Virus record (IMG/VR): IMGVR_UViG_3300037054_000148 | Span: 1 to 64,000 of that record | Reading direction: 5' to 3' (one strand) | DNA length: 64,000 nucleotides | Part shown: in pieces, positions 8,783 through 17,229 of the stretch | How positions within the stretch are numbered: position 1 is the first letter of the stretch | Layout of the letters: the number at the start of each line of letters is the position of its first letter | Position numbers and translations under genes: made by a program | Notes under the pieces: generated by a model | The model's database searches: none | The model's input: only the letters and a program-made list of their open reading frames with translations | Told to the model about the DNA's origin: nothing

Positions 8783-9319
8783 TCAGTAGGATTGGCCAGC
8801 CGCATACCTCTGTCGGCGTGTGTAGCGGCCACTCCCTTTGTTCCGGCCCTTGTACGTGGGAAGCTGCATCCCGCAGTTCCCGCACACAAGGCGCAGATTT
8901 GTGAGTTGATTGTTGGAGGAGTTCCCATCGATGTGGTCTACCTCCAGGGGCATCAGATGTCCCTGCCACTCTGTGCCCTTGCAAATTGAGCACTGGTGAG
9001 GTTGCGTGGCAATTACCACCTTCTTCAAGGTCTTGGGGTGAGAAGGAGCAATACCGGTGTCCTCAGCTTGGGCCAGGATGACAAGCCCCCTATGTGCCCC
9101 ATGGCATTGTCGATCACAGTAAAGTTTATTGGGACGAAGGGGGAGAGGTTTCCCGCAATTCTTGCAAAATTTTGGTGGCTGAGGAGAGGAACAACGGTTG
9201 ACGTTTACGTTGGGGTTCTTAGCCCCATTGACTTTTCCGAAGCAACTAAGGCTACAAAATTTGGACTTCGAATTGGATGTTTTGTACTCTTGATGACAGT
9301 ATTCGCAAGACTTCAGCAT
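8783..9319 (-). CDS. HNH homing endonuclease
   Basis: LEVDHIDGNSSNN...NLRLVCGNC...PTYKGRN. Confidence 0.85.
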   Translation of the reverse strand: MLKSCEYCHQEYKTSNSKSKFCSLSCFGKVNGAKNPNVNVNRCSSPQPPKFCKNCGKPLPLRPNKLYCDRQCHGAHRGLVILAQAEDTGIAPSHPKTLKKVVIATQPHQCSICKGTEWQGHLMPLEVDHIDGNSSNNQLTNLRLVCGNCGMQLPTYKGRNKGSGRYTRRQRYAAGQSY

Positions 9320-9367
9320 GAATGACCCCTACCATTGAGGTAGGAAGTCAGATAACTGAGTTCACTT

Positions 9368-9456
9368 TGGAGCCGCAGGAGGGATTCGAACCCCCGAGAT
9401 CCTTTCGGCCTTCACCTTACAAGGGTGCTGCTCTGACCGGCCTGAGCTACTGCGGC
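9368..9456 (-). tRNA. tRNA-Thr(UGU) with long variable arm
   Basis: GCCGCAG/CUGCGGC acceptor, loop CUUGUAA, 16 nt variable region, CCA. Confidence 0.85.
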
Positions 9457-9475
9457 TTGGTACTAAGGTAAAAAA

Positions 9476-9564
9476 TGGCGGAAGATGTCGGATTCGAACC
9501 GACTTGCCCTTGCGGAACTCCAGTTTTCAAAACTGGCGCGACACTCCAGCTTCGCGGATCTTCC
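9476..9564 (-). tRNA. tRNA-Ser(UGA)
   Basis: Loop UUUGAAA, long variable arm, G73-CCA. Confidence 0.85.
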
Positions 9565-9604
9565 GGAGGAAATGGAATATGCAGCCCTTCTTTAGAGGCT
9601 GCCA

Positions 9605-10279
9605 ATGAAACGGATTGAACGAACTTATACTGAGGAAATTTTCAAAGAAGCAGTGTTAGGCTCCACTTGTGTGCGGGAGGTGTTAACCAAACTCAACATT
9701 GTTGCTGAGGGAGGAAACTACCGGCAATTTTATCAAACGCTCAAAAAATGGCCAGTTAGCACTAAGCACTTTGTGGGGAAAAGCTGGAGCAAAGGGGTGA
9801 AACTCCCGCCAAGACGAGACCTGGATGATTATTTAAACAACCGCTTCCCTATTCAATCAGCAAAACTGAAACAAAAGCTCTTTTCAGAGGGGGTATTCAT
9901 AAAACAATGTGGTATATGTGGGTTAGTTAAATGGAACAAGCTCTCGATCCCCCTAGAATTGGACCATATCAATGGTAATCATATGGATAATACCCTAAGT
10001 AATCTTAGAGTAATTTGCCCTAATTGCCATGCACAAACTGATACCTATCGAGGTAAAAATATCTCAAAGTCACCCTCCCCTCCTAAAGAAAAGAAGTCTA
10101 TAAAACCACAACCGACAAAAATAGAGTGGCCTTCGCATGAAGAACTACTTGCGCGTCTTGCTACTTCCAACTTTTCTGTGTTAGCCAGAGAATTAGGAGT
10201 GTCTGATAATGCTATTAGGCATCACCTGTCCCCGAAGAGGGATTCGAACCCTCATACCCTTACGGATGCGAGATTTTAA
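9605..10279 (+). CDS. HNH homing endonuclease (antisense to the RNA island)
   Basis: LELDHINGNHMDN...NLRVICPNCHAQTDTY and a C-terminal HTH; AT-rich; 3' end overlaps tRNA-Leu. Confidence 0.88.
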   Translation: MKRIERTYTEEIFKEAVLGSTCVREVLTKLNIVAEGGNYRQFYQTLKKWPVSTKHFVGKSWSKGVKLPPRRDLDDYLNNRFPIQSAKLKQKLFSEGVFIKQCGICGLVKWNKLSIPLELDHINGNHMDNTLSNLRVICPNCHAQTDTYRGKNISKSPSPPKEKKSIKPQPTKIEWPSHEELLARLATSNFSVLARELGVSDNAIRHHLSPKRDSNPHTLTDARF

Positions 10280-10313
10280 GTCTCGTGCGTCTCGCCACTT
10301 CCGCCATTCGGGG
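10229..10313 (-). tRNA. tRNA-Leu(UAA)
   Basis: CCCCGAA/UUCGGGG acceptor, loop CUUAAAA, variable arm; CCA not encoded. Confidence 0.88.
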
Positions 10314-10318
10314 TGTTT

Positions 10319-10903
10319 TTAGTCCCAGAAGCAACCCCAATAACGAGCCATTAAAGTCTTAGCTCTCAGGCACTTCCTTTTCAACGGAGCAGACCATTGA
10401 TCGTGAAGCTCCTTATTGAAACGAGGAGTCTCAGTTTCCTTCATTCGAAAGCAATCCTCATGGCCCTCGACCGGCTCCCAATAGATAGGCTCCTTGCTAT
10501 AGGTTCCCTCCGGAACCGTAAACTCATCTTTGAGTTCCTGGGAAGCTTCCAGACCTTCAATGATCTCGGTGAGGGTAGCCTGCCATTTTTCGAAACCAGT
10601 ATCAGTTCCTTCCGTGTCAATGATCCGATCACCCATACCGCTTGGGTAGCCTTGCGTATGCTTCTTGAGATCGCGGAACAGACCCAACATCACGTTTTCG
10701 AGGTAGCTATCCATGTCCCAGTGATCGCAATCTGCGTATCCCCTGTAGCCACGCTGACAGAAGTATTTAACGGCTCTCCAATAGGTCCGTGGGTTGATCC
10801 AATGGCCCCAGAACCTCCACACAGGGCGGAAGCCGACGAAGGCCCGATAGCCACTGCTCCGTAGAGGGTAGAGGCCAAGGGAATAATGCATTTGTTTCTT
10901 CAT
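10319..10903 (-). CDS. hypothetical phage protein
   Basis: 194 aa, Trp-rich, overlaps the upstream stop. Confidence 0.7.
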   Translation of the reverse strand: MKKQMHYSLGLYPLRSSGYRAFVGFRPVWRFWGHWINPRTYWRAVKYFCQRGYRGYADCDHWDMDSYLENVMLGLFRDLKKHTQGYPSGMGDRIIDTEGTDTGFEKWQATLTEIIEGLEASQELKDEFTVPEGTYSKEPIYWEPVEGHEDCFRMKETETPRFNKELHDQWSAPLKRKCLRAKTLMARYWGCFWD

Positions 10904-11256
10904 TCGACATCTCCAAGGTTGACGATAGCTTCGATCAGTTGCTTCTCTATTACTGCGTAGGGGCCAACCAAAACCGCGAAAGCCTCTTCTGGTTTATTAT
11001 CAGACCCCAGCATTAGAGCTTTATAAGCAATCTCATGAAAATTACGATGAATCTCCACGAGTTCCTGATACTCTTTTTTGTCGGCTATTTCCGCATTTCG
11101 ATGCCTCCAAAGCCAGGAGCCCAGATCACAGTTATAGTCTCTTCGAACGGAGAACAAGTCCATAGCATTGAAGGGCTCTTTACTTATGAACTTGACCAAT
11201 CTGTCTCGAATATTCTGATGATCATCAATAGCATCACTAAGCATGTTACCCTCCAT
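10900..11256 (-). CDS. stand-alone CZB (chemoreceptor zinc-binding) domain protein
   Basis: DDH, CDLGSW and HRNFH Zn-ligand pattern. Confidence 0.75.
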   Translation of the reverse strand: MEGNMLSDAIDDHQNIRDRLVKFISKEPFNAMDLFSVRRDYNCDLGSWLWRHRNAEIADKKEYQELVEIHRNFHEIAYKALMLGSDNKPEEAFAVLVGPYAVIEKQLIEAIVNLGDVE

Positions 11257-11286
11257 TCAAAAGAGGAAATGGAAGTTTTAAAAAGC

Positions 11287-11379
11287 TAGACACGTTTGAC
11301 GTTTTAAGGACGGCAAAACTTTTTTGCAGGGGCACGAAGCCAGAGTCTGCTAGACAGGGTAGGTTGCTGCACGTGTCTA
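11287..11379 (-). ncRNA. RCAGCAA stem RNA copy C
   Basis: UAGACACGU-GCAGCAAC...ACGUGUCUA. Confidence 0.7.
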
Positions 11380-11443
11380 AAATTTACTAGGAGTCGCATA
11401 GCGTCTCCCGATTTCCTTCTACGCTTGGTAGATGAATGTCAGA

Positions 11444-11520
11444 TGGTCTTCCTGAGCGGAGTCGAACCGCTGGTCTATAGGTTCGGGGCCTATCGGTTTG
11501 TCCAGCTAGCCTACAGGAAG
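11444..11520 (-). tRNA. tRNA-Arg(CCG)
   Basis: CUUCCUG/CAGGAAG acceptor, loop CCCCGAA (C33), ACCA. Confidence 0.82.
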
Positions 11521-11525
11521 ATTAT

Positions 11526-11929
11526 TGGAGGAGGTGGGGGAAATCGAATCCCCGTCCAAGAAATCTATTGAAGTGCCTTATTCACACGCTTAGTCTGTTT
11601 CTTCGTGACCTCTGCACAGGTATCAGACAACTGTGATCGAGGACTTGCCTTAGTTCCCTTCTCCCCCTACAAGGCTCAGTGGGAGCGTGATCTGTTAGCC
11701 CTACTCGGCAGGCCGAAGCCACCCTCATAGAACTTACCCCCTGGGTACCAGACGATTACCGGAGGGTTTGCCCTTAAGCTACTTCCGCGAAGGAAGGAAC
11801 GAAGGAGCGGTCAAAATCTACTACGTTAATCGTGGCAGTTTTGTTTTAACTGATTTTTAACCCGGCCATCAGTTTTCCGGGGCGTGAAACACATTCAATG
11901 AGAATAACCTGTCGAAACCTGTCACCCCC
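11526..11929 (-). ncRNA. ssrA: tmRNA
   Basis: 5' GGGGGUGACAGGUUUCGAC, 3' GACGGGGAUUCGAUUUCCCCCACCUCCUCCA, G3-U70 pair, tag frame ATINVVDFDRSFVPSFAEVA* at 11836-11774. Confidence 0.9.
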
Positions 11930-12678
11930 TGGAGGTGCTTGACCAACATGCCTAGTCAAGCGTGACTGAAAACTTTGCAGCGAAGTTCCTATGTTGTGCC
12001 TACCTCTCCATTTTGGTAGTTGGGTGTCACCCCGTGGGGATCGTCTTCAGGCAACAGCGCATAGTGTAGCGTCAGTCTAGTGAGTTGGTAACCGGAGCCC
12101 ACTACGGGTCAGCAGAGTGTTGCACCTTGCTTAAGGGATGCTCGGTTAGCCCATCATCATCCTACCGAACCGTTCGTGACTTCAATAAGGCGTTTACGGA
12201 TGGCCAGGGGTATATCGTTTCACCGTTGGCTACGTCTGCACCCGACTCAGCGGTAGATGGGAGAAGCTGAGTATTTGGAGCCCCATTCTGGCTATCCCAG
12301 CGATTCCGGTTAATTCCGGTCACGATCAACCTCTCGGCCCGTGGGTGTTATGGATGCTGGGAATAGATTCATCACCCAGCTATACGGTCTTTGACCACCT
12401 AAAAATGATCCATTCGGATCTAGGGCCGCTTTGTGATGTGATAACCCCCACACCCACGGGGGAAAGCGTGACCGGAATCACACCGCCTCCACCACCAACT
12501 TTTAGGAAGTTGGAAACCGGCGAAGAGGACAAGTCCTCTACCCATCGCCACCGATTTGAAATTGCAAATCGGAACAATCGTAATAGGATCCACGAACCCA
12601 CATACAACCGACATGGCCCAATATCGTGGTAAGTGCCAGTCATCACTGCCTTAAGCCCCGTTAGGGGCTAAGACGAAT

Positions 12679-12753
12679 TGGTTAGGGTGGAGGGAATCGA
12701 ACCCCCATAACTCGGGTCAAAGCCGAGCGCGACTACCGTTGTGCTACACCCCA
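12679..12753 (-). tRNA. tRNA-Gln(UUG)
   Basis: U1-A72, loop CUUUGAC, CCA. Confidence 0.88.
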
Positions 12754-12780
12754 ATGGGACCGGGCTTCCCCGGTCTGACG

Positions 12781-12933
12781 TTACTTTCTCTTCTTGTCCC
12801 TCCACTCCACCCCTTTCTGCTCCAGCAAATACTTTGCTGCCGCAGCCAGAAGGGAGCCACTCTTTGCCACCGCTAACAACTGCACGGTGGACATCTGCTG
12901 CACGGACTTACCGTGCGTCTTGCTTTGCGCCAT
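12781..12933 (-). CDS. small basic protein (50 aa)
   Basis: Read manually: GGAGG RBS, MAQSKTHGKSVQQMSTVQLLAVAKSG...EWRDKKRK*. Confidence 0.5.
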   Translation of the reverse strand: MAQSKTHGKSVQQMSTVQLLAVAKSGSLLAAAAKYLLEQKGVEWRDKKRK

Positions 12934-13056
12934 AAGGCACCTCCAAACGTAAGCAGATGCTTACACAGGAGGACTTTCGGATGCCTCTTTTCTCATTGTA
13001 TTGCTCCTTTATTTATTTATTTCAATCCGCTCACAATTTCTCGTGAGATAAAAACC

Positions 13057-13139
13057 AAGACCCCATGGCAGTTTTGCTCTAACTTTTGTTAGTGAGGACT
13101 GCCAACTCATCGCCATAGGTGATTTGCTGCTAGGGTCTT
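13057..13139 (-). ncRNA. RCAGCAA stem RNA copy D
   Basis: AAGACCC-UA-GCAGCAAAU...GGGUCUU. Confidence 0.7.
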
Positions 13140-13693
13140 TAGTTTGATACTCATATAGGGATTGGTCGCTACCCCAACTTCCTCCATTTTCCGATATTTC
13201 CAGTCTAGAGACTCCCTGCTTTCACAAACACTAGACTGGCGATTTAGGGGACTTATCGGGTGACTGTGTGTAAACCCGCTTTACCCTCGACGGTATCTTG
13301 CCACGGTACACTAAGCCGTAGCTCAGGAGGCCACCACCAGATCTGAATCTTAATGGCATGTCTGCTTTCCACGCTGCCCTATATTGAAATTATGTGGGAT
13401 GAGTCGCTACCTCATCTTCCTGGGATTATTGGGGCTGTTTCAACCCGCTCTCTGCTTTCGCATCCAGGCTCTTCGCTCGTCAGGCATGTGGCTACATGCT
13501 TCCACAAGATGTTTGATCTGGAGATGAATTCTGTTCGTCCGATATAACCGGCATGGACGACCTTCGCACGAGCGGCAGGTACCGGTAAAAAAGCTGCCTT
13601 ATCACTCCGGTGGGTTTCTCAGCATCCTCCTAAGAGGCCAAACCCGTTCTCGTATCACTGTGCCATATATCAGGTGCTCCGCACCCTCCAGAT

Positions 13694-13769
13694 TGGTGGA
13701 CCGCATCGGGATCGAACCGACAGTCTTCGCCGTGCAAGGGCAACGATTTCCCATTAAATCTTCCGGCCC
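13694..13769 (-). tRNA. tRNA-Ala(UGC)
   Basis: G3-U70, loop CUUGCAC, ACCA. Confidence 0.85.
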
Positions 13770-13847
13770 AAAGGGGCGGGAGCGTATCGTGCTCCCGAAG
13801 GGCTGGACCATAGCCCACGCCGCCTAGATGGGCGGATTGGTCAGAAC

Positions 13848-13921
13848 TGGAGCGGGTTATGAGGATTGAACTCACGCGAACAACTTGGAAGGATGTCATG
13901 CTACCACTACATCAAACCCGC
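13848..13921 (-). tRNA. tRNA-Gly(UCC)
   Basis: GCGGGUU/AACCCGC acceptor, loop CUUCCAA, U73-CCA. Confidence 0.9.
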
Positions 13922-14152
13922 ATTTTCCAGTGGGGCACGGTTTCCACTGGAGTTTCAGCATCTAACGACTCCTGCTCAACGCAGCAGTAGCTGAAACAAA
14001 TCGTCGGATGATTGAATCTTGGGTCTTGTTTAAACTCACAAACTGTTCCCTGTTCAATCTTTATTCCACATGCGTGGCTGGGTCGGGGGATCCGCTACCC
14101 CATGCCCCCTCAGTGAGTTTCAGTCAGGGGCAACACTTGTTAATACTCAGAT

Positions 14153-14253
14153 TGGTACGCCCACCAGGACTCGAACCTGGAAAATCCGCTAATCTGGCGG
14201 CTCCTTTCGGGGCGGTATATAAAGCCGCTGTCTTACCATTAAACGATAGGCGC
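14153..14253 (-). tRNA. tRNA-Ile(UAU) with ~31 nt variable region
   Basis: Loop UUUAUAU, two small hairpins in the variable region, normal D/T arms, ACCA. Confidence 0.7.
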
Positions 14254-14255
14254 GT

Positions 14256-14331
14256 TGGTGGACCCACTAGGATTCGAACCTAGGACTCCTCGGTTATGAG
14301 CCAAGAACGCTGACCGCTGCGTCATAGGTCC
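14256..14331 (-). tRNA. tRNA(CAU), probably Ile2 (lysidine type) rather than Met
   Basis: Loop CUCAUAA, GGACCUA acceptor, ACCA. Confidence 0.85.
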
Positions 14332-14340
14332 AGGTCAAAC

Positions 14341-14425
14341 TGGTCCCCCGTGCGGGAGTTGAACCCGCTATCGATTACTCGGAGAGCTTAAAAGGCTCCT
14401 GCCTAGACCGTGCGGCAAACAGGGG
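14341..14425 (-). tRNA. tRNA-Lys(UUU) with long variable arm
   Basis: Loop CUUUUAA, variable hairpin CGA-GUAA-UCG, ACCA. Confidence 0.8.
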
Positions 14426-15003
14426 AGAGCAAAGAAAAATCGTGAAGGGCCGGTGGGGTATGACCTTTGCGGGGTTCCCATCCTCCGTTTAACTTATCCT
14501 ACCCTTCACTACCCTCATTCAGACGCAGTAGAAGCTGATCAATTGGTTGCTCCTAGGGGTAACTGCGTGTTCTCCGTGAGGTCTATGCTGCCGACCAAGC
14601 AGTGCACGGGTTGAACTTTGTCGAGAGTCAGCATCAGGGCCGACCCCTTGTCCACTGGGGGAGACTTTCGTCCACAAATCCAATGGCACCGAGATAGGTG
14701 CCGGATCAAAGGCTCCGGCTGGCCCTTACGTCAAATATCCGTTGTCCTATCTGCGTTTCGGGAACGGGTCTGTGGGGCAATCTCGCAGTCCACCAGCACC
14801 ACCAAAGGCCCCATTGCTGGGGCCAGTGAACGTGTTGGATTTGTCGGCTCCAACTACCTAGTTCCCATTTCGAGGAACGACCATTGGCCTCTGTAATTTC
14901 TGTGTTGCTACCAGCCGTTGACGACCCTTGCGGGAAAGGTTACCAGCCTTTAACGACCACACATCTGACCCAATCGTATACTGATTTTACAAACTGCTAC
15001 GAA

Positions 15004-15223
15004 TGGGAGGAGCATGGGCACTCCTAGATTCGCTGGTTTTGTCGGATCCAGCTACCTATCCGCAGTTTCATGCGGCTTCCGGGGGCCTCTGTAGCTTTTT
15101 ATGCGCTGCTACTAATTGGTTAGCATGAGCAACCCCGAAGGGGTTGAACAGAGGGTTACTATCCCTCGCCAATCACACATTCAAACCCAACACCGAAATG
15201 TTGGGAGGAGCATGGGCACTCCT
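15004..15223 (-). repeat. 22 nt direct repeat, two copies (15004-15025 and 15202-15223)
   Basis: Identical AGGAGUGCCCAUGCUCCUCCCA. Confidence 0.85.
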
Positions 15224-15224
15224 T

Positions 15225-15301
15225 TGGTAGCCCAGGTGGGAGTCGAACCCACAGAACCCAGATTTTGAGTCTGGTACCTATACCAGTTCGGTTACTGAGC
15301 C
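15225..15301 (-). tRNA. tRNA-Leu(CAA) with short variable loop
   Basis: Loop CUCAAAA, 5 nt variable loop, ACCA. Confidence 0.85.
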
Positions 15302-15493
15302 ATTGTGTCTGAGTCACGGTCTATCAGACTACCCCCACCAAAGCCGATTTACGGAGTATCTTTGAATGAGTCTCTGGGGACCGGTTATAACGGACGGTCA
15401 GGAGCTTGCTTAATGCCCTTTAACGTTTCCTACAGCAAGCATCCGGCTTGGGTCATGAAGCCGCAGCCCCGGAGAGGACTGTTGACCCAGAGA

Positions 15494-15580
15494 TGGAGAC
15501 GGTGTAGGGAATTGAACCCTGGTTGCCCTGCCGGGACTGGTTTTGCAGACCAGCGTCAGATCCATCCGACCACCACCGTC
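15494..15580 (-). tRNA. tRNA-Cys(GCA) with long variable arm
   Basis: Loop CUGCAAA, U73-CCA, variable hairpin CCC-GGCA-GGG. Confidence 0.82.
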
Positions 15581-15684
15581 TTAAGTAATCATGCTGAAGA
15601 ACGCGACTCTTCTTAGCTAGATGCTGAAATGCGTCAGCGATTTAAAGGCGTAAGACGCCTCAAACATGATTATGAACATTAGGC

Positions 15685-15825
15685 TCAGCGGTGCTTGTAG
15701 GCACGGGTGTGAGCTTTGGCGCGAACTGGGGCTTTGAGAGCACCAGTGCGGGTACGAATCGAAGCATTTTTCAGCTTGGATTTGTTGATTCGGTCGAAGT
15801 GTTCGACTTTAACCCGAGAGGCCAT
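15685..15825 (-). CDS. small very basic protein (46 aa)
   Basis: Read manually: AAGGAG RBS, MASRVKVEHFDRINKSKLKNASIRTRTGALKAPVRAKAHTRAYKHR*. Confidence 0.55.
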   Translation of the reverse strand: MASRVKVEHFDRINKSKLKNASIRTRTGALKAPVRAKAHTRAYKHR

Positions 15826-15913
15826 TTACCGCATCTCCTTTCTAGTAGCAGAGTTAGCTACTACTGATGCGGTCCCTCGCTTTCTTATTCGTCATGCGTC
15901 TCCTTTCGTGAGA

Positions 15914-15988
15914 TGGTACCGCCTAGGAGACTCGAACTCCTACAAAACACTTTAGAAGAGTGTTACCCGTCCATCAGGCGCAAGCGGC
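15914..15988 (-). tRNA. tRNA-Arg(UCU)
   Basis: Loop CUUCUAA, ACCA. Confidence 0.82.
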
Positions 15989-15998
15989 ATTGAATTTT

Positions 15999-16073
15999 TG
16001 GTCGCCCCACGGAGAGTCGAACTCCGGTTGTTGCCGTGAAAGGGCACTCTACTTACCGCTATAGGATAAGGCG
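15999..16073 (-). tRNA. tRNA-Glu(UUC)
   Basis: Loop CUUUCAC, ACCA. Confidence 0.82.
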
Positions 16074-16976
16074 AAGAGACCTGTTAGCTAGCTCCACTTA
16101 CACAGGAACTCAGTGGTTGCCCCCACTAATCATGAGATAGAACGGGGATGATCTCAGCAGAATAGCGTCAAGGTCAAGTTCTGCTAGCACCTGGGGACCA
16201 CTGCGAAAAGCCCCATACGGAGTAGTGTTACGGGCTCTCATCCCCGGTGGGTTAACGTCACCACAACGATTTGACTTGCTTAAGGCCAGATCTTGGAAAA
16301 ACCGGTTAGCTACTCTCATTTACACCGGAACTCATGAGAGAAGATTCTTGTAACCCTTGAATCTTACGAGAGGGAGGTTCCTTCAGTCGCGCAAAAGCGT
16401 ACGGAACCAACGCAGGGGGCTGCAATTAGCGAGGGTAGCCACCCCAGAGACCTGGACTATATCGCGTCACCGATTCGACTTGCTTAAGGTCGGATTTGGA
16501 GCCGGTCCCTCCAGCAAAGAGGGTGCTTACCCGGCATGATTGAAACCAGTCACCAGTTTTGGATGGCAGTTGCAGAATTTGCGATAACTGGGGGGATCTT
16601 GTTTCTTTTACCCTCATCTGCATCTTACTGATTGGGACACCTCAGCGGGGACTCTTCCTACCCGCATCTCGTTTCGAGGTCTGTAATGCAAGCCGTTGCA
16701 ACGGCTCACCAGAACCTAGTGCTGTTAGGGGGTTGAGAGTGTGGGCCACGAGATTGCACCAACTACCACACGAGTTGTCACCCGCCTTACCTCTGAGGTG
16801 AGATTATGGCCGGAGCCTGTCCCGGCTGTCCTAATTCATCATTGCTGGTCACTGGCTTCTCTGGGAATCAGCTTCCTCGTTTCCGAAGGCTCCGTTCCCT
16901 CCACCTATCAGTTTTGACTCCCGCTTCGGACTTCCATCGGAATATCAAGTGTGAGGGGGCTAGTCCTCACGGTCAT

Positions 16977-17143
16977 TGGTAGCGGAGGCAGGACTTGAAC
17001 CGTGCCACCTCATTCACAGAATACTCAAGGAGTTACTCATCCAGTTTCTACTGAGAGGATCGTCGCGCTTCACCTCATTTTCGTCCCTGTCTTTCTTTCC
17101 AATTTTTCCTGCGAGTCGCTCTAACCAGATGAGCTACTCCGCC
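16977..17143 (-). ncRNA. tRNA-like RNA with anticodon arm replaced by a ~105 nt insert
   Basis: Canonical GGCGGAG-UA-GCUC..GAGC 5' part and T-arm/CUCCGCU-ACCA 3' part. Confidence 0.75.
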
Positions 17144-17155
17144 ATGGGTAATGAA

Positions 17156-17228
17156 TGGTGAAAAAGGAAGGAATCGAACCCCCGACCTCCTCCTGAACGG
17201 AGGTGCTCTAACACTGAGCTACTTCTGC
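17156..17228 (-). tRNA. degenerate tRNA-like gene, anticodon undefined
   Basis: D and T arms present, ACCA, anticodon stem CCUCC/GGAGG closes a 5 nt GUUCA loop. Confidence 0.55.
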
Positions 17229-17229
17229 G

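Noticed and set aside
12965-12985. GAAAGUCC resembling the RNase P RNA P4 motif
   Set aside because: No complementary 3' P4 motif found, and it lies directly before a small ORF
13025-13038. 14 nt match to the lac operator (AATTGTGAGCGGAT)
   Set aside because: Only part of the operator, no vector context; likely chance
17030-17115. Self-splicing intron in the long tRNA-like RNA
   Set aside because: Too short, no group I/II core recognised, and removal does not obviously restore a 7 nt anticodon loop
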